A stretch of 64,000 nucleotides of DNA, taken from NCBI GenBank assembly GCA_951406725.2, contig OX597819.1:33418001-33482000 (forward strand), given 5' to 3'. Below are positions 42,373-56,802 of the stretch, in pieces. Origin of the DNA: Octopus vulgaris (taxonomy: Eukaryota). Below the pieces are notes generated by a model. It was not told the DNA's origin and searched no databases. It worked only from the letters and a program-made list of their open reading frames with translations. Position 1 is the first letter of the stretch. Each line of letters starts with the position of its first letter. The translations under genes were made by a program, and so were the position numbers.

Positions 42373-43777
42373 GGTAACTGGAATACCTGTGGTTGGACCT
42401 GGCAAGTGAAATTTGAATTTTTTTGAAAATGCTGGTCAAAAGTTGATAGATAACAAGGCTGGTCTTTGAAGCCTAAAATGCTTTGGCTTCAAACATGGCA
42501 TCAGAAGAAAAACCAAAAAAAAGAGAAATGTTTGAGATCAATGTGAATATCTCTTATGTACCATCTCTGTGTTATACAGAAAAAGATACAATCTTACTGT
42601 TTAAGAAATTGAAGAACCAATGTGCGGTGTTGAGAGAAGACAGCAAGATCTACATGACTTTAAAGAACTTTTGAAATCATCATTAACACCACCGCCACCA
42701 CCACCACCAGCACCACCACCACCACCACCAGCACCACCAGCACCACCACCAGCACCACCGCTGCCGCCGCCGCCACCTCCACCACCACCACCACCACCAC
42801 CATCACCCTCATTTAACGTCTGCTTTCCATGATGGCATAGGTTAAACGGCTTGACTGGTACTGGTAAACTGAAGGGCTGCACCAAGTTCCAGTCTGATTT
42901 GGCATGGTTTCTATGGCTAGATGTCCTTCTTAATCCCAACCTCACGCCAAGAGTGTAATTGGTGCTCTTTACATGCCACCAGGTGCCGTTTGCATGACAC
43001 CGACATAGATACGATTTCAAGGGTGCCACTTACATGACACTGGCAACAGTGAAGACTACAATTTTACTGGGGTTTGATGAGTCTTCTCAAGCACCACATA
43101 TTGCCAAAAGTCTCGGCCACTTGTCATTACCTACATGAGGCCTAACATTCAAAGATCATGCTTCACCACCTCAGCCCTCACTGACAAATGATGATGAAAT
43201 TATAGTTGATGAACCTGACAGCATACAATAGGATGTAGTAAGCAGGGTAGCTGAAAATAATGGAAACCAGGATAATGATACGGTTGCAATGGAATATCAT
43301 CATCATTATCGTTTCACATCTGTTTTCCATGCTAGCATGGGTTGGATGGTTCGACCGAGATCTGGGAAGCCAGAAGGCTGCACCAGGCCCCAGTCTAATC
43401 TGGCAGTGTTTCTACAGCTGGATGCCCTTCCTAACGCCAACCACTCAGTGAGTGTAGTGGGTGCTTTTTACATGCCACCGGCACAGGTGCCAGGTGAGGC
43501 TGGCAACAGCCATGATCAGATTAGTGCTTTTTACGTGCCACCGGCACATAAATATGCTTGTAGAAACTGAGTATCATAAGTACAGTTATAGACTGACCTA
43601 GAGGACAATGAAAAGGAAATAGTTGGTAGACTAACTAAACTAAAAATATGTGGTAATCAACAAGAACCAATTAACTTATAGTTTGTCAATAGGAAACACT
43701 GCATAGTGGAACCCATAATGGTTAACCCTTTAGCATTCAAAATATTTGGTCAAAAATAATGCTTTTTTATTCACATT

Positions 43778-43947
43778 GGTAAGTAGCTTGCTTACGAACC
43801 ACGTGGTTCCAGGTTCAGTCTCACTGCACGGCACCTTGGGCAAGTGTCTTCTACTATAGCCTTGGGCCGACCAAAACCTTGTGAGTGGATTTGGTAGATG
43901 GAAACTAAAAGAAGCTCGTCGTATATATGTATATGTATATATATATG

Positions 43948-43998
<51 letters not shown>

Positions 43999-44219
43999 GT
44001 GTGTTTACGTTTGTGTGTCTATGTTTGTCCCCCCAACATCGCTTGACAACCGATGCTGGTGTGTTACGTTCCCATATCTTAGTGGTTCGGTGAAAGCGAC
44101 CGATAGAATAAGTACTAGGCTTACAAAGAATAAATCCTGGGGTCGATTTGCTTGACTAAAGGCGGTACTCCAGCATGGCTACAGTCAAATGACAGAAATA
44201 AGTAAAAGAATAAAAGAGA
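43778..44219 (+). mobile_element. SINE family A inserted into a MITE
   Basis: Slightly 5'-truncated copy splitting the TTAA MITE at 43722-44374. Confidence 0.85.
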
Positions 44220-44379
44220 GCACTGTTTTGTAGCAATGAGATTTTAATGAGGTACTTGTTAATTTTTAGAATGATATTATGGGGTTGGTGTGAAAAACCA
44301 GATTGGCCAGTTTGAACATAAGACGGGTAGAATACTTTGACCAGATATGGTCAGTTTAAATGCTAAAGAGTTAATAGAG

Positions 44380-46140
44380 TTTTGCAGTATGTATAGGTGG
44401 GTGGTATCACAGAATCTTGGCATTTGCAATGAGAGAATGAATAGGTGTTAAGCAGATGGACACAGGAAAGGATGGAAGAGGTGAATTGAATGAGATATAG
44501 CAACTCTGAGAAAGCATCTAGGGAAGACAGCGAGTTGGTATAATGTGTGTTGGAAGAATGCTAAGGAATACAAGTAAAGAATGTTTGAAAGGAAATACAA
44601 CCTGAAAGAGAAGGGTTTTTGAACAAAGATGGAAAAATAAGATTGAGATCCCCTGGAAAGTAATGAAAATCAGGAGATTCTTGGAAAGAACTACTCAAAA
44701 ACAGTAAAAAGACCTTTTGCTGAAACCTGTAGCAGTTTTATAGGAATTCGAACGGTGAAACTGGGGTGTGTATACCTCCTGAGTTTTGGATTTGAATGAA
44801 ACTTTCGGCCTCATGACTGACATGAAAGGATAAGATTTTGGGATCGATCTGGTACCGGACAAGGATTCTGGATTATTTTTCCAGTTTGGATTCATTTTTA
44901 GTATTCCCGTTTGTGAGAGCAGTCAATTTTATTTTGGATATTCTCATTTTGTACCTCCTACACTTTTGGTTAGATCTGTCGTTTCAGCCAGTGGTACTCA
45001 AGTGGGAAGCGAAATGGTTGTTGGAAGTAAAAGATCTAGTAATCAAGGTGGTAAATGAACAGAATCCAATCAGAGAGATACATGAGGATGTGGAAAATCA
45101 GGTTAAGGGGCTACAGAACTGGAAAGCTCCAGGGCCTGATAGAATCCAAGGCTTCTGGATGAGAGGGTTCAAGAATAGACAAGGTAAGCTGGCTTTTTAC
45201 CTGGATTAATGCACTTTTGATGGTGTGGTACCAGAATGAGGAACTGCAAAACATGAGAAACTAATTTGTCAATGAATTGCATAGATTTAAAAAATGAGTA
45301 TGATGTGGTACTGCCCTTCTGGATATCAAAGCCCCTAAACACGATTAAGATCACTGAGAATGTACAAAATCAAATGAGTGAGAGCATGAAAGAGGCAGAG
45401 AAATAGTTTTCCTACAGTTGGGAGCTTAACAGGGTTTGGCTATCGAGCATAGCATCTTTCAAGGTAATTCATTTTCTCCCTTGATCTGATTCCATTGAGC
45501 ATGTTACTTCAGAAGACAGGTGTAGATTACCAACTATGAAAAAATGGGAGGGGATCTTAATCATTTGTTCTTTAAGGATGATTTTAAACCATTTCCAAAA
45601 CCAGAAAAGGAGGTTAACTCCTCGGTGCAAACTGTTTATGAAATGAGTATAGACACAGAAATGGAGATTGGTATCACAAAAGTGTGTAATGGTAACTATG
45701 TACAGGGGAAAATGGAAGAATAGAAGTGGAACAGAATTAACCAATGGAAAAAGAATGCCAGATTTAAAGGAAGCAGAATATAAGAACCTAAGAGTACTAG
45801 ATTTAAATGATATAATGTTTAGTGAGATGAAGGAGTAGTTACAAAAGACTTATTTTGATAAACTGGGTAAGGTTCTGAAAACTAAGCTTAATTCTCAAAA
45901 CCATGTATGTGCCATCAACACCTGGCCTACAGCTGTTGTTTGCTATGGTGCAGCTATATTTGACTGAATTCTAGAGCAAATTCATGAAAAGGACTGATGT
46001 ACATGGAAATTGCTGTACAAATTTAAATACTTCCACCTGAAAGCAAATGACCTGGAGACTGAAATCAACAGGATGAGGAATATGAAAACTAAAACAATAC
46101 CAGTGGTCATTGGGAAACTAGAACTTTAGAAGGGAATGGA
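44380..46140 (+). mobile_element. Decayed R4/Dong-like non-LTR retrotransposon RT fragment
   Basis: Remnant peptides LQNWKAPGPDRIQGFWMRGFK, KTKLNSQNHVCAINTW, IPVVIG; many stops and frameshifts. Confidence 0.7.
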
Positions 46141-46149
46141 AAAGTTCAC

Positions 46150-46680
46150 CCGTGATAACCATGTTGCCCCACAGTTACCTATATTAACGCACAAATATCC
46201 ACGTGGCTCTATAGTTACCCACATTACCCCATAAATACTGTCACCTCATGGATATCCATGTTGCTTTATTGTTACACATGTTGCCCTACTGATACCCATG
46301 TAGTTCCCATAGATATACATGTGGCTCCATAGATAGGCATAGACACTCATGTGACCTGTAAATATTTATATTTACCTATAGATACCTATTTCTTTACTAC
46401 CCACAAGGAGTTAACACAGAGAGGACAAACAAGGACTGACAAACGGATTAAGTCGACTATATCGACCCCAGTGCGTAACTGGTACTTATTTAATCGACCC
46501 CGAAAGGATGAAAGGCAAAGTCGACCTTGGCAGAATTTGAACTCAGAACGTAACGGCAGACGAAATATGGCTACGCATTTCGCCCGGCCTGCTAACGTTT
46601 CTGCCTGCACGCCGCCTTTTTTACCTATAGATACCCTTATTGCCTTATACATACCTCTATCACTCATAGTTACTTGGGTA
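46150..46680. repeat. Degenerate ~10/20-bp minisatellite (gttacccat/gatacccat-like) split by a SINE D
   Basis: Recurring a(t/c)ag(t/a)tacc(c)at units. Confidence 0.55.
46387..46617 (-). mobile_element. SINE family D
   Basis: TSD tttacctatagatacc (46371-46386 / 46620-46635). Confidence 0.88.
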
Positions 46681-47244
46681 TCTGCAAGGGTGTTGGTAGT
46701 GATTGTAGTTGCAATAGTGTGTTAGTGTTGGTGGTAGTGGTAGTAGTTGGAGGACTGTCAATAGATTCAGCTAGTGAATGAGTTGGTTGGGTAGATGGTT
46801 GAATGAATGGCTGCCTGGATGGATGGGTGGATGGATAGATGGATGGATGGAGGAATGGGTTAGACAGGGTTGGGGGTTGAATAAAAACTAGTAGTTGAGA
46901 AAGGGATGAATGGAGAGAGTAGCTCAGAAAGTTATGGGAAAATGATGCCAGAAAAATTGATGGAATCAGGGGTGAGGTGGTGGAGATGGGGTAGGGGTGG
47001 AAGTAGGAAAAAAAGAAGGGAGCAATGGTGGAGGAATAAGGAAATGAAACATTGGATTGGGATTTTTCTAGGTTGTGGTTTTTTTATTATTTTACTTTTT
47101 ATTTTTGCGTTTTACTCATTTTCTTTTTCTTTTTATCCTTTTAATTCGAGAATGTTCATTAGAGAAAGGAGTGGGGAGTGGGTGCAAGGTGGATTCAGCT
47201 GAATTGTGATATCATGCATGAAATGTGTGAATCACAATTAAAGG

Positions 47245-47247
47245 ATG

Positions 47248-47291
<44 letters not shown>

Positions 47292-47439
47292 TCGCCACCA
47301 CCATCACTACTACCACTACTGCCACTACTACTACTACCACCACCACCACCACTGTTACTACCAATACTACAAGTACCATCACCACAATCACCACTACCAC
47401 CACCACCAGTTGTAGTAATAGTAGTAGTAGTAGTAGCAG

Positions 47440-47479
<40 letters not shown>

Positions 47480-47492
47480 GCTGCTGCTGCTC
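47245..47492. repeat. (CTA/CCA)n microsatellite
   Basis: Visible tract. Confidence 0.95.
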
Positions 47493-48105
47493 TGATTCAC
47501 TCTACACCTTCGCCTTGACTGTTTTTGGTCACAACCAAAATTAAACACTGCAACAACTAGTGTTGTTGTTATTATTGCAACAATAACAACAACAGCAACA
47601 ACAACAACAATAGCAACAGTGACTTCACACCGCAACCAACAGTAAAAAAAAAAAATAAAAAAATAACTAGCTATTGCTGCAACAGAAGTCACTCTTAACA
47701 GCAAAAAGCAACATTCAACTCTGACTGGAATCGTTGATGTAACCATGAACTTCCAGCGATGTGATGAGCTAGCTTTCTTTATATGCATTGATTTGTGAAC
47801 ATGTGATTGTACTGTATAATGCCAAGCATAGATATTTATGCACACATGTCAGCATAACTTCTTCCACACTGAAATTAGTACTATATAAAGGAGGTTGCAA
47901 AAGAAATGTCATGTGGTTAAATAAATATATATTCACCTCTCCTACATCCTGACTTTTATGGTAGGTGTGGCTATATGGTAAGAAGCTTGCTTCCCAACTA
48001 CATGGTTCTGTGTTCAGTCCCACTGTGTGGCACCTTGGGAAAGTGTCTTCTACCATAGCCTCGGGCAGACCAGGTTTGGTAGATGGAAACTGAAAGAAGC
48101 CTTCG

Positions 48106-48147
<42 letters not shown>

Positions 48148-48337
48148 AGAGTTAACAATAAGTGGCTAACTCTAGTGCTAGAAATAGCTCCTTTTTCTGG
48201 TATAGCCACCGAAGATTTTTTCCACAGCAGAAACAGCATTACTTTCAACATAAGGAAAGCGATCTTATTAAATTATTAAATTAATATCTAATTTTGCATT
48301 ATTAAATTAATATCTAATTTTGCACCCTCATTTATTA

Positions 48338-48385
<48 letters not shown>

Positions 48386-48448
48386 TTTTTTTCGTAATGA
48401 GATAAAAAACCAAGGGTGTGTAGAATTAGAACATTAATAGATAGAAGG

Positions 48449-48494
48449 TCTTACAGCTGTTTCCAGAATATTTATTGTAGCCCTTCATCGGAGA
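48449..48494 (-). ncRNA. Degenerate hammerhead motif (same family as 62591)
   Basis: Minus: TCT-CCGATGA-agggctacaataaatattctg-GAAA-CAGCTG-TA-AGA; palindromic stem III CAGCTG; core U-to-C change; flanks resemble those of the 62591 copy. Confidence 0.6.
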
Positions 48495-49618
48495 TGGTGT
48501 GAGAGGATGGTTAAGAAATAGTTTAATTTAGATAAGATATAAAATAGAGAGTGAGGTGGGGAAAAGAAAAGAAAATAGATGTGTGATATGTAGGGATGTC
48601 TTGCAAACAACTTGCATATGCAAGTGCTACCAGTCAAAAGCTCCGTATACCGGAAGGCAGCAAGTGGGGTCATCAGGAGAGAATGCGCGCCATTTCGGGG
48701 TCTACCTCTCAACGGCATGAATACGCACCGGTCCCCCTCACTGATAGGCAGAATGGTATACACACGCTGACATATGACCAACGTTGAACCCCTTATTCGC
48801 ATAATCACCGAACCTTGAACTTAACTATGGTCTATCTATAGCACTTATTCAGCATTACCTAACACCTTTTGGTCTCAATAACATCATTACCTCTCATAAA
48901 CTCTCTCTCTCTATATATATATATATATCATCATCATCATCATCATCATCATTTAGAGTCTGCTTTCCATGCTAGCATGGGTTGGACAGTTCAACTGGGG
49001 TCTGTGAGGCCAGAAGGCTGCATAAGGGCCCAGTCTGATGTGGCAGTGTTTCTACGGCTGGATGCCCTTCCTAACGCCAACCACTCCGTGAGTGTAGTGG
49101 GTGCTTTTTACGTGCCACCCGCACAGATGCCAGACGGAGCTGGAAAACGGCCACGAACGGATGTAGCTTTTACATGCCACCGGCATGGGGGCCAGGCAAG
49201 GCTGGCAACGGCCACAGGGGGGCCAGGCGAGGCTGGCAATGGCCGCACGGGGGCCAGGCGAGGCTGGCAATAAGGAGGATCCCCTTTGGTCATAAATGAC
49301 TATGGGATTGTATCTAGAAAGTTACCTTCCGAAGAACAAGTCCAGGTAAGGTTATTTATGGAAGACCAGCAGTTGCTCGTGCATGCCAGTCTTCCCTCTC
49401 TACACCAACGATGTTATCTAAGGGAAAGGCAAAGGCTGATACAGCCTGGCACCAGTGATGTTGCAACTCATTTCCACAGATGAGTGAACTGGAGCAATGT
49501 GAAAATACAGTGCATTGTCCAAGAACACAACACACAGCCGGGGTCAGGGAATCAAACTCACAACCTTGTGATTATGAGCCCAATGTTCTAACCACACATA
49601 TATATATATATATATATA

Positions 49619-50030
49619 TGTGGCTATGTGGTAAGTAGCTTGCTTACCAACCACATGGTTCTAGGTTCAGTCCCACTTGAGCAAGTGTCTTCTACTATAG
49701 CCTTGGGCTGACCAAAGCTTTATGAGTGGATTTGGTAGATGGAAACTGAAAGAAGCTGTCATGTGTGTGTATATATATGTATGTATGTGTGTATGTATGT
49801 ATGTATGTATGTATGTATGTATGTATGTATGTAGGTATGTATGTATGTAGGTATGTATGCATGTAGGTATGTATGTATGTATGCATGTATGTATGTATGT
49901 ATGTATGTATGTATGTATGCATGTGTCTGTGTTTGTCCTCCACCACCATTGCTTGACAACCAATGTTGGTGTGTTTACATCTCTGTAGCTTAGTGGTTCT
50001 GCAAAAGAGACCAATAAAATAAGTACTAGG
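49619..50030 (+). mobile_element. SINE family A (partial)
   Basis: Similarity to family A; expanded (TATG)n core; another partial copy at 47961-48110. Confidence 0.8.
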
Positions 50031-50241
50031 CATAGTACTTTTAAGAAATTATTTAATTTCAAGGCGATTTGGCTGTGTAACCTTATAGATGCCAAGCTTT
50101 TGTGCTTTATATATTTGTTCTGCAAATACACTTCCTCTTCCTTCTCAGCATTGTTATCATCATCATCATCATTATCATCACCATAATTTTCATAATAGAA
50201 TTCAAAATAACATGGAGGTAATGCAAGTGACAATAATAATA

Positions 50242-50579
50242 AAAACAAGAGCGCTCAGAGAGTGCAAAACCTCCGCCGAGGTAACTCCAACGTCCCCTCA
50301 ACGATTAGCCAGAGATGATTTTTAAAATGAGAATATCCAAAATAAACTCGACTGCTCTCACCAACAGGAATACTAAAAATGGAAAAAATAATCCAGAATC
50401 CTTGTTCAGTACCAGATTGATCCCAAAATCTAATCATTTCATGCCAGTCATGAGGCTGAACATCCCTGAAAGTTTCATTCAAATCCATTCAGCGTTTCTT
50501 GAGATATTTTGTCCACGGACAAACAAGCAAGCAAACACAACTGAAAACAATACCTCTGCCTTAGCGAAGGCAGAGGTAA
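50242..50579 (-). mobile_element. Helentron-associated non-autonomous element (HINE/DINE-1-like)
   Basis: Hairpin TACCTCTGCCTT-agcg-AAGGCAGAGGTA at one end; sub-TIR ACCTCCGCC plus stem-loop gcgctcagagagtgc and aacaag at the other; internal (CAAA)-type microsatellite; partial second copy at ~44790-44950. Confidence 0.7.
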
Positions 50580-51399
50580 TGATGAGGATGATGATATTGA
50601 TGATGATGATGACAACAATGTTGGAATGGTGTTGTAGTTGTTTGCTTTGTTTGCCTTAAATCATCCTCTCTGCTCAAAAAAACCATTTCAACCCCCGGAA
50701 CTCCGGCCAACTCAACTGGTCCTTTAATTTCAAACTTATTATTTTCACTTTTCCATTTGAGTAGGTTTTGGCAATTATGCCAGAGATCACAGAATTTCAC
50801 AGTCTGCTTGCTCTTTTTTCTCAATACATCAATCAAATGGCTAAATAGTAAAGCTGATATTAGACAGAATATACAAGACAGAAACAACACTCTATTCCAG
50901 ACAAATATTTTGCTAGCCACCTCTCTATGTATTTACTTGCATAATTTTGCTGTTGCATTTACATTGAATGCTACAGAAACATAGACAGAAGGATGGAGAC
51001 AGAGAGAGAGCGAAAAAAAGAGGAAGAGAGAGTGGGGCAGGAGAGAGGGGAAGTATAATAGAGGTGGTAGACAGAAGAGGGGGAGTGTAGAACAAAGAGA
51101 GAAAGAAATATAATTAATATATACAATATACGCGTGTGTGAATACAACAGATCTAGAAACATATATATACATACATATATGTAAATACATATATGGGTGT
51201 GGGTGTGTGTATGTATGTATACACACTCACACAAACATTAATGTGTATATTCATGAAATATATATTTAATTGGTATAAAGGCATGTATACTCACATACAG
51301 GCAAAACACACGTAAGGATAAAACACATGCAAACATGTATGTATATGCATGCATGTGTACATATCTGCATGTGTGTGAGTGTGTGTACGTACATATCTG

Positions 51400-51434
<35 letters not shown>

Positions 51435-51469
51435 GTAAATGCAGTGGACTTGCTAAAACTAGATAGAAA

Positions 51470-51762
51470 TACAGCAGGCATGCTCCAATGAATGTATAAT
51501 GCTTTTGTGTATGTGAATGCCGGCGTACAAATGAATGCTGAATGAAAATCTGGGTATAAGAGGACTGAGGTGTGGGGTATACAAAGAAGGCTGTGTCGGT
51601 ATGGCTTGTGTTGCATATGGAAGATGACTGCTGGGTGTAAAGAAGTGATGAAAATTACACGCGTAGGAAGAACCTGTAGGAAAGGGAGATCCAGGAAGAC
51701 ATGGGAAGAGGTGGCGAAGAATGATCTGAAGATGCTGCATCTCATGGAGGAGATGACAAAGA
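51470..51762 (+). mobile_element. RTE LINE 3' fragment
   Basis: RRLCRYG...VGRTCRKGRSRKTWEEVAKNDLK resembles the RTE ORF C-terminus. Confidence 0.55.
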
Positions 51763-51777
51763 AATATATATACACTT

Positions 51778-52010
51778 TACTCTTTTCTCTCTTTTACTGT
51801 TTTACTTGTTCCAGTCATTTGACTGTGGCCATGCTGGAGCACCGCCTTTAGTCGAGCAAATCGACCCCGAGACTTATTCTTTTGTAAGCCCAGTACTTAT
51901 TCTATCGGTCTCTTTTTTGCCGAACCACTAAGTGACGGGGACGTAAACACACCAGCATCGGTTGTCAAGCAATGCTAGGGGAAAAAACACAGACACACAA
52001 ACACACACAC

Positions 52011-52043
<33 letters not shown>

Positions 52044-52215
52044 CATATATACGACAGGCTTCTTTCAGTTTCCGTCTACCAAATCCACTCACAAGGCATT
52101 GGTCGGCCCGGGGCTATAGCAGAAGACACTTGCCCAAGATGCCATGCAGTGGGACTGAACCCGGAACCATGTGGTTGGTTAGCAAGCTACTTACCACACA
52201 GCCACTCCTGCACCT
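51778..52215 (-). mobile_element. SINE family A (young subfamily)
   Basis: Full-length copy. Confidence 0.9.
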
Positions 52216-52995
52216 ATGGTGATATGGTTGCAAGAAACCTGGATGCCTATGGTAAAATATACCCTGCATGACTACGTTTGCTAGCCCATCCCACCTTACA
52301 TCCTTGGTCCCCACCACTCTAATCTACCTATTACTTCCCGCTCTTTCACCTGTTTCTTTATCACTCCTAGCTCTCCATCTAACGTTTCCCCCATAACTTG
52401 TATTGTTGACTGCATCGTCCTCATCATTCTGACTCAGTCACCCTATTTATATGACACTGTATCAAACTACCCAATGTATTTTAACTTCACCTTTCCTGTG
52501 CTGCCAGTCATCACTCACTCTCTCTCTCTTCTGAGCCATTTCAATGACCACCTGTTATCTACTCTTCCCTTTATCTCATTATACATGTTTAACTTTGTCC
52601 ACCTATGCTATTACAAATCATTCTCTTGACTCAACACCATATAATCCTGCCTTTGCTGTCACATTCTTAATCCTTTCATTCACCCATTCTGGTCATTCTC
52701 ATGCCATTCTTTGCTCTCCTATTCCTCTCTTCAGCCATCTGAGCAAACACACAAGTTAGGTTGTTAACTACTCCCCATACTTACACTCTTGTGTCTCTCT
52801 TCAACCCGTTTCCACACCTTTTTGCTGACATAACTCTCCTATTCCCACCTTGGTCTACATGCCTTAGGTTACTGAGTGAAAAGTATTCCACATTCTGTTG
52901 TATTGCTATGATGGAACTACCATGTGCCATCAACAGGTGAATGAGGAGTGATGCCATTTCCTTAGAGCTGATACTATGAAAAATGCACCCAGTTC

Positions 52996-53925
52996 AAGGT
53001 GGTATCAAAATGTTCTCAGACTAGTTTTGTAGCACGCCAACAGATGGCAGCACACACTTGAATTCACAATGAGAGCTTGCAATGACCTTCATGAAGCAGT
53101 ATGCTGAGTGACATCACTATTTTTACTTCTCAATTTGTGGTATTGTGAAATTTCTTGTGAAATTTGTGTTCCTGTGATCATGTGTATGCTGTAGTCTGTG
53201 ATTTTGTCATGGACAAGAACAAAAAGCCAATGTGAAAGTTTTCCATTAAATTTGGGAAGTTTGCTCCAGAGACATTGAGCATGCTTTGCTAAGCTTACAG
53301 CCATGAGACAATGTGTCGCATGCAATGTTTCGAGTGGCACAAGCACTTCAAAAGTGGAAGAACATCCCTGAAAGACAATGAGCGATCTGGAAGACCTGCC
53401 ATGAGTGTCACTCCCAGAGATGTGGTATTCTTCATTCAGAATTTGTTCCCCCAACATCAGACCATTAATTGAGAGTTCAACTGCAACATTTTAAAGGAAG
53501 GACATTCAGCAAAAATGACCGGATCTGTGGAGCATGAAGGATTGGATTCTTCAAGACAATAATAACCTTGTCACCAAGTTCTCCTCACTCATGAGTTTTT
53601 CACCAAAAACAACATGGTATTGCTTCCACACCTGCGCTATTCTTCAGATTTAGCACCTGCAAACTATCATCTTTTCCCCGTGATAAAAATACAGCTCAAA
53701 GGTTGCCGTTTCAACACCGTTGTTCAGATCCAGAGGGAATTGCAGAATGTTCTTGACTTGCTTACGGAAAATGACTTCCAGGCTTGATTCCAAAAGTGGC
53801 AGGAATGCTGGGACCAGTGTAATGCTGTGCAAGGTGATTATTTTGAAGGAGATGATGCTAAAACTTAGGTAAATAGATTATTTTTAATTAAATATAATTG
53901 TCCTGGAACATTTTGATACTACCTT
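52996..53925 (+). mobile_element. Internally deleted, decayed mariner element
   Basis: TIRs aaggtggtatcaaaatgttc / gaacattttgatactacctt; remnants CFEWHKHFKSGRTSLKDNERSGRP and YSSDLAPANY-like motif; multiple stops and frameshifts. Confidence 0.85.
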
Positions 53926-56802
53926 CTACACACTATAAAGTAGTTGGCAAATAAGCTGAGAAAGTGTAGGTAGGACTGTGAAGTTTTTTAGTCCTGTGTT
54001 GCCAAGGACTATTAGCTGGTCTAGTGTGGGTGCCATGACAAAATACATACCATACATTCTGCAAAGTGGTTGGTGATAAGAAGGGCATCCAGCCACATAG
54101 AGACCAGGCCAAATGATACATGTGAGCACCAATTTGGAGGTGTGGTGGTCCCAATAAGAAATGGCTCAAACTGTGAAGGATCATCTGACCTATGCCATGA
54201 CGATGATCATAAAAAGTAAAAAAGACCCTCTTTGGTCATGAATGACCATGGGATTGCACAGAGAAGGTTCCCCAAGGCACAGGTCCAGGCAAGGTTGTTT
54301 ATGGAAGGCCAACAGTCACCCATGCATACCTGCCTCCCCTCTCCATACCATTGCAGCTCATTACTATAGCTGAGTGAACTGAAGCAAAGGAATGGGAAAG
54401 CTCAAGAATACAACACACAGCTCAATCTGGGAATCAAACTTACTACCTCATGATTGTGAGGTAGGGACATTCTAACCACAGAACCATGTGCCTTCGTGAT
54501 GATGATCATACATGCAGTCATAATACATATGTATATATGTGCATGTGTGTATGTGTGTGCATATACGTAATCAAAAAAAGAATGTTTTCATTCCACTATC
54601 TTTTTCCCCCATGTATGATTCTTCAGAAGATGTGTGTATATGCATATGTAAGTGCATGTGTGTGTGTGTGTCTGCTAGTTTTTGATGATGAGTGTTCAAT
54701 CAATGGAACAATCACTCATTGAATCATGAATCAGAGTTAGTGGCTGAGTATTCAACAGACATAAATGCTAAGCCCAATTCTCGAAGGGAATCAACATGAT
54801 ACAGGGTGTGACGAGATACAGACCATCAGTTTCCATTCATGCAGTTTCCATGTATCCATTTTAAATCATGAAGACTAGGTTGACCTGAAGCTATACTAAA
54901 AGACACTGATGATACCAAATAGTGGGATCAAATTTGGGACCTCATAATTGCGAAGGGAAATTCTTTAGTAATCAGCCATGATTTGAAATTTATTCAAGGA
55001 GACAAATCTACAAATAATTATTGTTGTTTTGGAAGTGCACTTGCAGGACAAGGGATTTGATATGAATCTGAAATTGTTGAAACTAAAACAATTCCAGTGC
55101 AGAAGATACACATGTATATTAGCCATTCAAAAACACTTAAAGTTTGTTAATTTCAGTTAAATATTTATCTATCATGTCAATAAAGCAGTGAGCTGGCAGA
55201 ATTGTTAGCATGCTGGACAAAATGCTCAATGGTATGTCGTCTGTTTTCATATTCTGAGTTCAAATTCTACTGAGGCCGACTTTAACTTTCATGGTTGATG
55301 AAATAAGCACCAGTTGAGAACTAGAGGCAATGTAATTGCCTAGCTTCTCCCATCCCACAAATTTCAGGCTTTGGGCCTATAATAGAGCGGATTATTTCCC
55401 GTTAATGATTTTGTCCCACTGACTGTGACCTGCATGTGGTAGTATTGTCAGTGACCAAATTGCAGTTGGTGCAATGAAAATTTTGACACAAAAATCATAA
55501 ATGTTTAAGTTATTGTTATTAGTTAAGAAAAAATTACCCATCTTGGATTTAATGTCCCATTGATTGAACTCAAGCGGCTGTTTATCTCTGGATCAGAATG
55601 CTTTGATTAACCCATTTGATACCAATGCACCTGAGACCACCTGAGGTGCTACAATACAAAATTCTCGTTTAAGGTTATCTGAATTAAAATGTACCACCAA
55701 ATTCAGTGTTAATTTGTGTTTCAAACTCCAGCTTTACAGAGAAAAAGTTGTTTTACTGAAGTTTTCCTTATTTTCAAAATAAATTGAAACAAAGGTAGAG
55801 TATTTGACAGAAATAATGAAAGGGTTAAATGTGTTCCAGCTATGACCATCCTCTGCTACTTTGGGATTTTTGGACAAAGTATATCTCAACAAACATTATC
55901 CAATTTGTCCATTTAATTTTTAGTGTTGATAGAAGTGTGACTTGAGGGAGAGTTAGCTGCTGTTTCTAACAGGATGGAAAAGTGCATAGAGGTTGGTTCA
56001 TTAAATCAACCATTTTGTAGTCTGGTGGTTGATGCTACAGGTAAATGGATAGTGAGAACAGTTTGACAGAAGGATAAGTTAGAATCAGAGTATTGATCAC
56101 CAATTTACTTATTGAAAATGTTGTAATGTGCTGGTGAGTGTCAAGGAAGTCTCCACCTGTAACCCTTTCTGATTCATCCTTGTCCTTCAGGCAATCACAA
56201 AAGAACTCAGAACTGTGTGCACATGAGCACTTCTGAATGCTGATGGCAGAATCTATTGAAGCACTACAGAAGTAAACTTGAAAGAGTGGACTTCAGTTTA
56301 AAGCCTGAAGGACAACATAGCCAAGAATAGGTAATAAACAGCATGAGTTATAAAAAGCTCATATCATAATATACGTTACTAATTAATTCCAATGAATTAG
56401 AAATCGTGTCACTCTGATATGATTACATATGGAATAATCATGATACATTGTATGTGTATACACATACAAGTGCATACAGGTTTTTATACTTATTTACAGA
56501 GAGGAGAGAATGCAAAATTTTCATTATGTTAACTTTAAGATACTGGTCTCTACATGTCTAAGCACAGTGGACATCTGATACATGTAAAACAATTGAACCA
56601 ACATTATACTTGTCATCACCATTAAACTCCCACCAGTCAGAACACTCTGACAACAACAAACTTATATACTGAAATATGTTTATCAAACAATCACCTTATT
56701 GATCCATCTCGATAAATGTCTGTCTGTTCTATTCACTCCATCTTTCATAATACAATATTTACATCCTCCCTTCTCTCTCCATCTCTCATCATTTAACACA
56801 AT

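Noticed and set aside
48600-48680. Minus-strand CTGATGA near 48670
   Set aside because: No correctly placed GAAA or stem II partner.
50561-50920. 119-aa minus-strand ORF (MASKIFVW...)
   Set aside because: No recognisable domain or PLEKHH similarity, no clear splice signals, and it runs into repeats.
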